Positions 1-11,963 of a stretch of 64,000 nt of DNA are shown one piece after another. Source of the DNA: the human T2T-CHM13v2.0 reference genome, Homo sapiens; the NCBI RefSeq assembly GCF_009914755.1, contig NC_060929.1; one strand, given 5' to 3'. Both the position numbers and the translations under genes were made by a program. How positions within the stretch are numbered: the stretch's first letter is position 1; the number at the start of each line of letters is the position of its first letter. Under the pieces are notes generated by a model that had not been told where the DNA came from, searched no databases, and saw nothing but the letters and a program-made list of their open reading frames with translations.

Positions 1-1799
1 TTGGCATGCTTTTAAATATCCCCCTAGACAGTAGGGAACCTGCCCTAAACATTGCCCTACCCCTGGAGATGGGGTAAGCGAAACAACAGAAAAAATGCAG
101 AATAGTGATATTGCATTCTTTGCCCTGCCATCTAGTGTAATGGGTAAGAGCACAGATCCAGGGGCTGAGGCTCCTTGGCATTAACTTGCACAAGACCTTG
201 ACAGCTGCTTAATCTTTCTGAGTCTCAGTTTCCTCTTCTGTAAAATGGGTTGTTGTAAGAACTAAATGTAAATGAAGTCATGGATGAATGGCAAGATAAA
301 GTTTTGTTTTCCCCTCACCCCCTTTTTTTCCTCCTCTAACCACCTGCCCATCAAGGAGATGGGGAGGGTGGAAAACACAGTAAAGAGAAGAAACTGTCCC
401 TCTAACAATGCCTGGAGTATCTATAGAGCAGTCAACAATAACAAGAAACAGGTATGTGTTATGTTTGCTGCACTCTGAAGAAGAGGAAGGGCCTAAAACC
501 TCCTCAGCATCTCATTGTAAGGCCCAGAGCAGGAGCGCCTTGAACCTCTTTACCAGAATGCAATCATTCATTCATTCGTGCAGTGAGTGCCATCTAGGTG
601 CCAGGCATTGATTCTGACACAGCAGTGAACAAAATAAAGTCTCTACTCTCATGGAGCTTACATGACATTCTAGCTGAAGAAAAAACTAAAAGGTTACATG
701 TGAAACCTATGCACGATACCTGTTACCTAGTAAGTACTCAATAAACACCAGCTATTTTAATTATTATTGTCATTATTATCAACCTGATTGCAAAATCTAA
801 TTCAGGATGGTTAAAATATGTCCCTTGACTAGTAGATAAATAGCTAGTTCCTACCCTAAACCTGGATCCATCTTCCATTAGCTTTCTCAGGAGTCAATCC
901 GGGGATGCCAGTGCCTCTCCAAAGCACACAACTCCTCATTTTAGGGTTTTTTCCTCCCTTACCTTCCTACCTGTTTTCGGAAATCGGCACCATTTCGCAG
1001 CTCTCCAGAGGTTAGGAATGGAAGCAGGGGAAGTCAAAGCTGCAATGGTCTATTAAAGTGTGAATAACTGATGCCCCACCTCTCATCCTATTCAAGCAGT
1101 AAAAGACAGCCACCCTCTGCAAGGGTCTCCAGCTCTATGCACATGTATGAGCACAAGGAAGGGCCCGTGAGCTCATAGGCACAGCAGGCTAATCTGGGAT
1201 TGCCTATTTCCTGCCAGCAGGTTTCCCCCTGGGGCCCACCCAGGCCACTCTCTTTAAAACTGGAATCCCCACACACTCATGCTGTTAGCTTGCTCTGTTT
1301 TTTAAAAATTACCTTCCAATATGTAATTCACTTATTTATTATGTTTGTTCTTTATTTTCTCTTTCCTCCATGATAATGTCAGTTCTTATGAGGGCAAAGA
1401 TGTCTGTCAATTAGAACAATGTTTGTAACATATTAGGCACTTGGTAAATATTTGTTGAAGGAATGCATGAAAACCTCAGAGGAAAACGCTTTTTATCAAT
1501 CCTGGTAGGGCTTTGTGGCACTTAACAAATGCTCCAAAAAGCCCTTCTCCCCGGCTGACGGGGCCGAGGCAGCAACCTGAGAGCAATGCCCCTTCTGCTT
1601 TCTGGGATTTGGGCTGTGTTGCCTGTTTGTCTTGTTTCTATTCTTTTAATCGCTCCCTTCCTGGGTTTTATATTGCACGCCCGGTCTTCCAGCGTCATGG
1701 TTACTGTAGTAAACAAACTGAAGGTCTGAATGCATCTTTTTCTCCCCCTGTAGCATGAAGAGCAGTTCGCGGTATCCGGTAGATAGGAAGCACAAATAG

Positions 1800-2600
1800 G
1801 TAATGAAACGGGGATTTGAAAGCGCCACCTTCAGTTGTAAGATCTAAGGGTGGACTGCGCGAGCTGAGGCCGGCAGAGCTGCGTGCAGGGCCGCTTTCCT
1901 GGGCCTCCTTCGCCTAGACAAGCAGGGCAGGGGTGAGGACAAAGGAGGGAAAAGGAGGGGAGCACGAGCTCTCTCCTTCCCTCCAGCCCCCACGTTAACT
2001 GGAAAAGGCAGCGTGTTCTGGGCCTTTCACGGCTAAAGCAGCAATAGGCGACCGACGAGGGAGGCGGGTGGAGAGGTGACTGGGAGCCTACAGTACGGAG
2101 CCAGGCGGAGGACAGAGCGAAGGGCGGCGGGGAGGGGCCCAGAGGGGCTGCTTCGGGCAGGGGCGGGCGCCTCCTCCTGGCCGCCCGCCAAGCATGCCCG
2201 GATCCCCTTAGCCGCGTCCCAACACATGGGCTTGCTTAACACTCTCTGAGAGAAGGAGGAGCCACCCCGCAGTGCTGTCTGGTCGCTTTTTCCCATTTTT
2301 GCTCCAGGATCCAGAGATTTGAGCAGGGGTGGGGTGAGGTGGGGTGGCAGGGTTCCTCCCCTTCCTCAGGCCCAGCCAGAGAGGGGCCCTGTCTCTCTGC
2401 TCCTTTCCTCGCCGTCGCCCTCTCTCTGCCAGGCTCTCCTGTTCGTCCTCCAGGGGCCCACGCTAGCCCCTCACCTCCCCTGAAGCCTTTTCTAACCGCT
2501 GCGGCCTCCGTGGTCCCCCACGCCTGTGTTCCTGTAGGACGTTTACAGTTCACACGATGTCTCATCTCTCGGTATATGTCTCCCAGGTAAATTGTGAAGC
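1800..2600. promoter_or_regulatory. CpG-island-like, GC-rich promoter candidate
   Basis: Local enrichment of CpG and G+C relative to CpG-depleted flanks; GC box GGGGCGGGCG near 2160-2169; G-run clusters; plus-strand donor CAG|GTAAAT after 2586. Confidence 0.7.
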
Positions 2601-4244
2601 ATAAAGAGCCATATGCTTTTTTTGCTTTAAGCAATTTTTTTTTCTGTAGTTTCTGTTGTAAGCAATAATCCTGCCCAGCCACTAATTGTGTGACCTCAGG
2701 AAAATCCTTTCTGAGTTTTCTCATATGCAAAATGAAATTTGTAAGGTCTCTTCCAGCTTTTAAATTCAGGGACTTTCCTGAACTAGAGAACTGGAAGTTG
2801 GATAGAGCTATTCTAGAACAGTGGTTTGGGGTCTAAATACATTGTTTCTGGGGGCCACGGGTAGGTGGCATCTGTGAGCTGCCCTCAGGAAGAGGGGCCA
2901 ACAGTGACCCCGGGTTTCTTCTCTCCTGGACACTCACCACCTGCCTCAGTTCTTCTAAAACTGGGTCTCCGAGCCACACACGTATGACCACCCTGCCACT
3001 GGCTTAGACATGGGAAAAATCTCTTTTCCTGTAGTTCAATGCTGAAAGGAAGTCATTTTTCAGAGAGACACTTTGCTAGGAAATTATGAAGTACAAAAAC
3101 ACAAAACCGTAGAAGCATCCAATCAGAGCCCACATTCTTGTGAGGAACTTTAGTAAAAGGCAGACGCTAGCAGGCAAATTTTAGGCAACCTTGGGGCTCA
3201 GGTCATTTTTCTCAACTGAACCACGAAGACAAAGGAGGCCGCGCCAAAGACAGGCTCGCTGCTGCTACGCTGCGTATGTGGCCCCTTTCCTGGAGCCGGA
3301 CAGAGAAGGAGCATGGGCTTCGGGATCATTCACGTGTGAATCTGACTCCAGTGTTGCCGTTTTCTGGCTGTCTGGCCTCGGACAAGCTTCTTAACTTCTC
3401 TGATTTTTGATTTCTTTTCTATTAAATAGGGATAATATCTTCTATCCCACTGGATTGAATGAATGTTAAATGAGAATGAATGTGTGTCATTCGGAGATAT
3501 TAATTATAAACACAGAGCTTCTGTTGGTTTAAGCACAACAGCCGTTTATTAAGGGATGCTGAGGACCAGAATCCCTAGGAAGGCTGGGGAATCCAGCTTG
3601 GAAGCCATGAAGCCAGAAAGGCTTCTCAAATCCCATCACCAGATTCTCCTGCAGATTCTTCCTGCTGCAGCAGCTGGCATGGGCCTCACAGCTTGCACCA
3701 CCTGTTCAGGCCTGCAAGGCATCTATTAGGGCTTCTGGCACTGCTGCTTCTGCTAACTGCGCTTTCTCAAGATACCATGTTCATTGCAGCATTGCCTTCC
3801 AAATCAAAGTCTTACACAACCTAATAGTTCTGACTGTTATTATTCCTGCAGGTCTGTCTCTGGTCCTGGGAAGGCCCACCCTCTTCAACCCATATTGTTT
3901 GATTCATTTGAGACAGCAATCCACCTGTTTTTAAGGCTGATTTTACCCTTGGGTGAAAGTCAGCTTTTTAAGGTCTTGTTCAGGAACAGAATGGTGTGAC
4001 CTTGGCAGGAAGCACCAGTGTTCCCTGCAACCTCATCTCTTCTCCCCTACCCCTGATACAGCCTCAAGTTCACTAATTTGTCTTGTTTCCCCCTTCCTGC
4101 CCCCCGCCCGCCCCCGTGCTAAAGCCTATACTATCTTTAGGCCACCTAATAAATTCCCATTTCTTGCTTGAGTCAAGTTTGAGTTACCTGCTGAGCCACA
4201 CCACCTGGCTGTTCTTTGATTCAATACACAAATGCCTCCAAGGC

Positions 4245-4375
4245 CTAGACCAGTGGTTCTCAGCTCTGGCTGTAAGTTAGAATCAAGGAGGAGTGAGGGG
4301 CTGGGCCTCAGGGACTCTCATTTAATAGATCTTGAGTGAGTCCAGATGTAGGTATTTTTGGCAGCTCCCTATTTA
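4245..4375. mobile_element. MER5-like hAT-Charlie DNA transposon relic
   Basis: CAGTGGTTCTCA terminus followed by TTAGAATCA and GCTGGGCC motifs typical of MER5. Boundaries approximate. Confidence 0.55.
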
Positions 4376-4668
4376 ATTTGACCAGGGAAACTGTCTTCTA
4401 AAGTCCCATCACGGTTTTACTTACAGTGCCAGAAGCTTTAAGCAAGGAGTGAACATCAAAAGTACAATATCGAACAAGAGTGGAAGAGGGTAATATTCTC
4501 CCACTTTCTGATAACTATCTTTAAATACTAACTTTTGAATTAAGCATTTTGCAAGTAGAGGCTACAAATTAGCCTTTTCGGGTCATTTTAGTTTTTGGGC
4601 TTGAAAATCGTATAAATTCCTCCTAGGTCATTTTGTACCTGTTAATATTGAATTTATATAGAAAAGGG

Positions 4669-4965
4669 GGTTGGGCACAGTGACTCACACCTATAATCTC
4701 AGCACTTTGGGAGGCCAAGGTAGGAGAATTGCTTGAGCCCACGAGTTCAAGACCAACTTGGGCAATAACATGAGACTTTGTCTCTACCAAAAAAAAGAAT
4801 TGTAATAAAATAAATTAGCCAGGGGTGGTGGCGCATGCCTGTAGTACCAACTACTCAGAAGGCTCACTTGAGCCCAGGACTTCCAGGCTGCATTGAGTTA
4901 CGGTTGCACTACTGCACTCCAGCCTGGTGACAGAGTGACATGGGGCCGCAAAGATAAAGAAATAA
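4669..4965 (+). mobile_element. Alu (AluJ-like) with right-arm internal deletion
   Basis: Dimeric Alu sequence with A-rich linker and degenerate tail; flanking direct repeat ATAGAAAAGGG at about 4658 and 4966. Confidence 0.9.
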
Positions 4966-5449
4966 ATAGAAAAGGGGAGAGAGGAGAAGGGGTCTTTCAG
5001 GGAGTGACACAATGCCTCATTGTCCAGTCTCTAAGATAAATGAAGAATGGGAAATTCTAAATTCTGCTTATTTCAAACACGTGGTTCATTCATAACATGA
5101 ATCATCTGATGATAAAGTGATTGAAGTAAAAATATCAACAGCTGTGAAACTACCAGGATGTTTATTACTCATTCTTGTTTCCACTTCTTGTCAATTTCCC
5201 CATCTATTCCCCATTCTGAACTGTCAGTTAAAATGATAAGAGCAGATGGAGGGAAAAAACAGGCCTTCAGTGATGAACTAGGTAAGAAGCTATGAACAAT
5301 GGGAAAATGGGGAAGTAACATCTAAACATGGCTCCCTTCTGTATATGAATCGGCAACATTGAGAGGTTTTGCTGTGGATGACTATGGGAACAATTGATAC
5401 TCTACTGCTGCTTCCGCTGTTGAAAACAAGACGACAGACCCCAAACTGC

Positions 5450-6240
<791 letters not shown>

Positions 6241-6259
6241 TCTTTTCTTCTTAAATTAC

Positions 6260-6960
6260 CCTGGATTATTGCAAGTCACGGAGTGGTCTCTCTACCTCGA
6301 GCCTTGCCATTTTTTGCAGGTGTTCTCAATGGAATAGTTAGAGTTCCTGTAACAATATCAATTATAGCATAACATTTCTCTATTCAGAACCCTCAAATGC
6401 ATCCCATTCCACTCAGATTAAAAGCAATAGACTTTTACAGTGGCCTACAGGGCCCTATGCATCCCCATCCCCATTATCTCTCTGAGCACATAGCCTATCA
6501 CAGTCCCCTTCACTCAGTCTGCAGCCTTTACTCAATCTGCAGCAGCCACTTAAAGGTATCTGCCTCAAGGACTATTTATGTGCTAAATTTTACCTGGCAA
6601 ATTCTTCCCCGGAAATCCTCATGACTCACTCCCTCACCTCCTTCAAGCCTTTGCTGAAATATTCCTGTTGTGAAGGCTTCTCTAACAATGCTACATAAAA
6701 CTGCATCACCCCCTTTCCCTGCTTCCCTGCAACCCTTATCCCCTTTCCCTGCTTTAGTTTCCTCCATAGAACTTATCACCAGCTAACATATGTTATACTC
6801 AACTTGTTTATGTCTGTCTTGCTCAGCTCCCATTAGAATGTAAGCTTCAAAAAGGCAGAGATCTTTGTTCACTGCTGCATCTATGGTGCCTGGAATAATG
6901 AGTGCCTGACACAGAATAGGTCTTCAATAAATATTTGCTGGATGAATGAGTGACTGAATG
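6260..6960 (+). mobile_element. L2 3' fragment
   Basis: Ends with the L2 3' signature TAGAATGTAAGCTTC...GTGCCTGACACAGAATAGGTCTTCAATAAATATTTGCTGGATGAATGA. Confidence 0.75.
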
Positions 6961-7299
6961 AAGAGGATGTCAATGATGGGTGAAAAGTGTAAGTTTCCCC
7001 GATAAAGGGAAGATAGTAGGAAGGAGACAGTGACTTTGCAGATTGGCAACTAGAGCTCAGCTGACGAAGCGGCATATCTTCCTGGAAGTCAGTTGGGAGA
7101 AAGAAGTTTGAACACAGGAATAGTCACAGACGTCTGAGGATTCTTTGTTTTTGCTTATTAAGGAGTAGGTTGATCTTTGTCAGTTCAATATGGCCAAGAG
7201 GAAACCAGCAATCAATATTGGTGGACAGAAATTCTAATTATGGAACAATTGCATAAATTCACTTAGGAAGAGTTGGGCAGTATAATCATGGTACTAGTG

Positions 7300-8330
7300 A
7301 GAGCAGCTACATCTATTGAGTGCTTACCAAATGCCAGGTGCTTTCCAGGCTATACATGGAGTATCCCATTTAATCCTTACAACAAACTCATGAGGTAGGC
7401 ACTACTATTTTCATCTTATAAGTAAGAAAATGAGAGGCTAAGCAACTTGTCAAAGACCATATACCTGGAAAAATGTCATTTGTTCATTTGGTTATGTTTT
7501 GAGATGAGACAAGATCAAAAATTTTAGGTTGATCTCTGTAATCTAAAAATGAGCCTATAGAATTGCAGATAACAAACATGAAGTTGTGGAACATGAACAG
7601 GCAGATGAGGTTTGAACATCAGATTTGCAACTCTCTGTCTATATGACTTTAGGCAAGTTACTTATCTCTCTGAGTTTAGATTTATCCTCATTTGTAAAAG
7701 GTAAAAAATCATACAGTTCTTGTAGAGTTGTCAACATTAAATATAATCACACATGGAAACAGCTAAATGTCTAACCCAGAGAAGGCACTCAAGAAATAGC
7801 ATTATTATCACTATTATTATTGTTGTTGTTGTTATTAGTATTATTATTTTTGAAGGAATTCAGAGTCTACTCTCTTGGCTCCATACTTGTGAGTGCCCAC
7901 ACAACCATGCTTCGCAAACAGTGTTTAGAAAGTGCAAACAGTGTTTAGAAAGTGCAAATACCTGAGTTCTACACCCAGAGATTCTAATTTGGAGATGATG
8001 GGAAATCTCACTCTCAAATGGAAAACTGGCATTCTCTTAACTCCGAAAAGAACTTCTTACTTTCTAATGTTGTGCTACCTAATGTGTGCTACCTAAAATA
8101 CTCATATGAAACTAACTCATATGAAACTAACCCCTCCAAAGCAGTGTTGCCTAAGGTTAAGGGAATGCATTCTGGAACCTTGGGCAAGCACTTTGAGCTC
8201 TCTGGGCCTCATTGTCTTTATCTGTAAAATTGGGATAACAATAATTCCTACTTCATGCAGATGAGTCAGGGCTTAAAATAAACTTGTAAAATAATTAGAA
8301 AGAGCCTGGCATAAATTAGATAATCTAATA
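7300..8330. mobile_element. Cluster of MIR fragments (about 7310-7480, 7590-7810, 8170-8330)
   Basis: MIR core motifs such as GGCAAGTTACTT..CTCTGAG and CTGTAAAAT.GGGATAA. Confidence 0.6.
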
Positions 8331-8853
8331 AAAATAATAACGACAACAATTATTATTATTTGATTCTATTTTTCATTCTTCGATCTCCTCCTGATGGAAG
8401 GATTTTTTTTAAGTGGAGATTATTTTCAGTCCCAAACTTTGCACACAGTATCCCGGCTTGCCTTCACCACTGAAAGAGGCAACACACTGAGCCCACTTCC
8501 TCTGGAGCCTGTGCTAAAGAAGGTGGGGCCTGCTGAGCAGTTCCAGACTGGCCTTAAGGAGACTTGACAATGCTTCATATATTCACATACATGTGAATAT
8601 ATGTGAGCTTAGGACATTCTTTTTGATAGCTAAACTTAATCTCACAGATAAAAATTTCATGTATTCTAGTGTGTAGAGAAGAGGATACTAGTGCATCCAT
8701 CTTCCCAGCTGCTATGAAGATGCAGTAATTCCTTCCACTGGTCACTCTCACCCACCCAATCAGGTCTCCACTCTTGGTGTAGCTGCTTTCCTTAGCAAAG
8801 AGGCCTTCTCTGGCTACAAACTCAAAAGCAACCCACTCACCTTGCACCTCTCC

Positions 8854-9274
8854 TATATTAATCTGCTCTCACATTGCTATAAAGGAATGCCTAAGAGTGG
8901 GCAATTTATACAGAAAAAGAGGTGAAATTGGCTTAGGGCTCTGCAGACAGTACAGGAAGCATGATGCTGCCATCTGCTTGGCTTCTGGGGAAGCCTCAGG
9001 AAACTTACAATCATGGTGGAAGGTGAAGGAAAAGCAGGCATTATCACATGGCGAGGGCAGGATGTGGGGGGGAAGGAGGTGCCACACGTTTGTAAACCAC
9101 CAGATTTCATAAGAACTCACTATTATAAGGACAGTACCAAGGGGATGGTGCTAGATCATTCATGAGAAATCCACCCCCATGGTCCAGTCACCTCCCACCA
9201 GGCCCCACCTCCAGCACTGGGGATTACAATTCAACCTGAGATTTGGGTGGGAAAACAGATCCAAGCCATAATCA
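8854..9274 (-). mobile_element. MaLR solo LTR (MST-like)
   Basis: TATATTAATCTGCTCTCACATTGCTATAAAG...GATTTGGGTGGGAAAACAGATCCAAGCCATAATCA; 5-bp TSD TCTCC/CCTCC (4/5 match). Confidence 0.85.
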
Positions 9275-9420
9275 CCTCCCCACACCCAGATGGACACATC
9301 ATTGCTCTGCCATTTCCTCTATCTCAGCCCTTTGTCTACTTTATAGCTCTTATCACAATACATAGTCTGATAATCATTTCACTTATTTTTCTGCTTTCCT
9401 GTTTCAAGGCCGTGCCATCT

Positions 9421-9422
<2 letters not shown>

Positions 9423-9459
<37 letters not shown>

Positions 9460-9472
9460 ATACACACACACA
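9423..9472. repeat. (CA)n microsatellite
   Basis: Seen directly in the sequence. Confidence 0.95.
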
Positions 9473-10298
9473 AATCCTTGTACATGTCAGGAACATGGGG
9501 ATCCCATTTGTCTTGTTTTCTCCTTGCTCACTAGCGTCTATCTCAGTGCTAGCATTCAACACATAGCAGCTCTGAAGAAATATTGAATAAAGACTGAACT
9601 TTTTAGAGTTGTGACTGTAAAAAGGCATTTCCTCTGGACGATTCTATCTGGAAGAAAAAGCAAAGGGATGGATCTGAATAAACAGAAAAGGAACAAAAAC
9701 ACCAGTCACAGCTTCCATAGTTTCCTAGAGTGTGGCCATTGGTGGGGTCCATACCAACACTTTTAAGATCACTAAATGAAGATTTCCTGTCTTAAATGTG
9801 AAAACCAGTAGCTACACAAAGGCTGAAAAAGTATTAAAGTCATCACAAGGGATTACGAGTAACATAAATTACAATATGATTTTTTTTTGAGAGAGAGAGA
9901 GAAAAGAGAAAAAAAATTTAATGAGACCAGATCTAAAAGCTCTTGATCTTTCCAAGGGGAGAGAGATTAAGTCCTTTCTTCTCTTTACCATTTTTATCAG
10001 TTTGATTTTTAAGCTTGAATTATTCCCTCTGCTCCCAAATGAACACTGTCTATGCCCTGTCTGTCCCCACTTCCCACCCTCTTCCCACCTACATGAATGA
10101 CTATTAGAGCTAGAGGGACTTTGAAAATAATCATGTCCAATCCTTCCTTTTGTTGAAGAAGAAAAAGAAGTCTGGGCCACACTGTGAGAGAGTCTCAGGA
10201 CTCAGAAGGGGGCCTAGATCTCTTGACTCCCTAGCCAACCCTCCACGCCTCCAGGCTAGATTCAACTCACTTTGATTCATCTCCTTCTGATTTACCAG

Positions 10299-10424
10299 GG
10301 CCTGGTCCACTTTCCAGCCTCCGTGTAATAGTTCAGGAGGCAACTAGTCGATACCCTGTCTGTTTTGAGGCCAGGAACAACCCCGCAGATGTCAGCCAAG
10401 AGTGTTCTTTTCTGGCAGCACCAA
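10299..10424 (+). other. Candidate internal exon (plus strand)
   Basis: ACTCAC branch-point-like motif, pyrimidine tract and TTTACCAG acceptor; CAA|GTGAGT donor; 126 nt. Splice signals only, no transcript evidence. Confidence 0.3.
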
Positions 10425-11639
10425 GTGAGTCTTCCTTTGTCCAGTCAGCAATCCAGCCAGAATATGTTCAACCAGGGAAGTGTCCCATTCTTGAAGACAG
10501 TTCCTTCTCTCTTCAGTCAGTCTGTATTCACTCTGTAAGTCTGACATGCATTGGAAATAGGTATGGAGCTAAAGAAAGCCCCACAGTTTACATTCTAATT
10601 CTCAGAAAGCCCTGCCTTTCTCTCCCTGGGAATGCCAAAGCCACAAACTTCTCAATCCTCTTTTGCCCTATCCCCACCCGATAAGGAAGGAGCTCCCACA
10701 AATGCGTTGATGAGGTACGAAGTAGTGATAAGTCCTGACAGTCCACAGGGGCATTGAGAAAAGACCATGTCCTCATTCACAGCCAGTCTGGGGTGCTGCT
10801 CTGAACCCACACTGACCCCCAAAGTGTGGGAGGCAGAGCTGAGTCAGCTATTTCTGTCTTGTCCTCCTTTCTGTCCACCCCACCACAGAAGCTGAGATAT
10901 GCTTGCAACGTCTTACTCTATGATCCTTTTCTCCCTAGAACCTTCATTCACTCAACGATAAAGCCTGTGAGCAGTTCATTTTTTTCATGTGGTTCCATAT
11001 ATGGCCTAGTCCCATTTTATTCTTGAATTTTTGTTTGTTGGTTTAGGGTTCTTGGCCAGCTGTGGGGGTGATGGCGAGTAGGATCTGATAATTTGAAGAT
11101 AAAGTGACCCTCTCATTTCAGTCTCGAAAATTATCTTTATCTAAGCTCATTTTCCCTTCATCACTTTGACTCATTCACTCGTGAATACCCATATTTGGGT
11201 TGTTTATTGATTTTTATTGTTATTGTTGTTTATGGGTTTTATGGTTTGTTTTGGTTTTTTGGTGAGAGGGTTATTGATTTTAAGATAAGGAGTCCATCTT
11301 CATCTCCATCTCTCAAACTATGTGTGCCTGAAGCTTTATTCCCTGCAGTACTCTAGTTTTCAGATACCCTTAGTGATATTATTGTCTTCATGTTCTCTCA
11401 ATCTGTGAACTAGGTTATTTTCAACTTTTTCCTCTTTTCTCCATTTGGTCACTCCCTCTTCTTAAAAGAGTTTCTCATAAGAACTTAATTTTGGTAATGT
11501 CTAGCTTTGTATTTGTTCTAAGTTTTAGAAATTATTGGCATGAATTCCAGACAAGATGGTATTGTGAATTCAAAAATTGAGGCTTTGTTTTGCTTCAAAG
11601 TCATTGATTGCCATGACCTATAAAAAAGAAAAAAAAAGA

Positions 11640-11963
11640 GGCCGGGCGTGATGGTTCACGCCTGTAATCCCAGCACTTTGGGAGACCAAGGCAGGCAGAT
11701 CACCTGAAGTCAGGAGTTTGAGACCTGCCTAGACAACATGGTGAAACCCCGTCTCTACTAAAAATACAAAAAAGTAGCTGGGCATGGTGGCGGGCGCCTG
11801 TAATCCCCGCTACTTGGGAGGCTAAGGCAGGAGAATCACTTGAACCTGGGAGGCAGAGTTGCAGTGAGCTGAGATGGCACCATTATACTCCAGCCTAGCT
11901 GACAAGAGTGAAACTCTGTCTCAAAAACAAAAACAAAAAAAAAAAAAAAAGAAAGAAGAAAAA
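11640..11963 (+). mobile_element. Alu (AluS-like)
   Basis: GGCCGGGCGTGATGGTTCACGCCTGTAATCCC start; full dimer with long A-rich tail. Confidence 0.95.

Noticed and set aside
2236-2730. 164-aa minus-strand ORF as a gene
   Set aside because: Starts at a non-ATG codon in MIR-like sequence and stays open because of GC-rich island composition; no recognisable domain.
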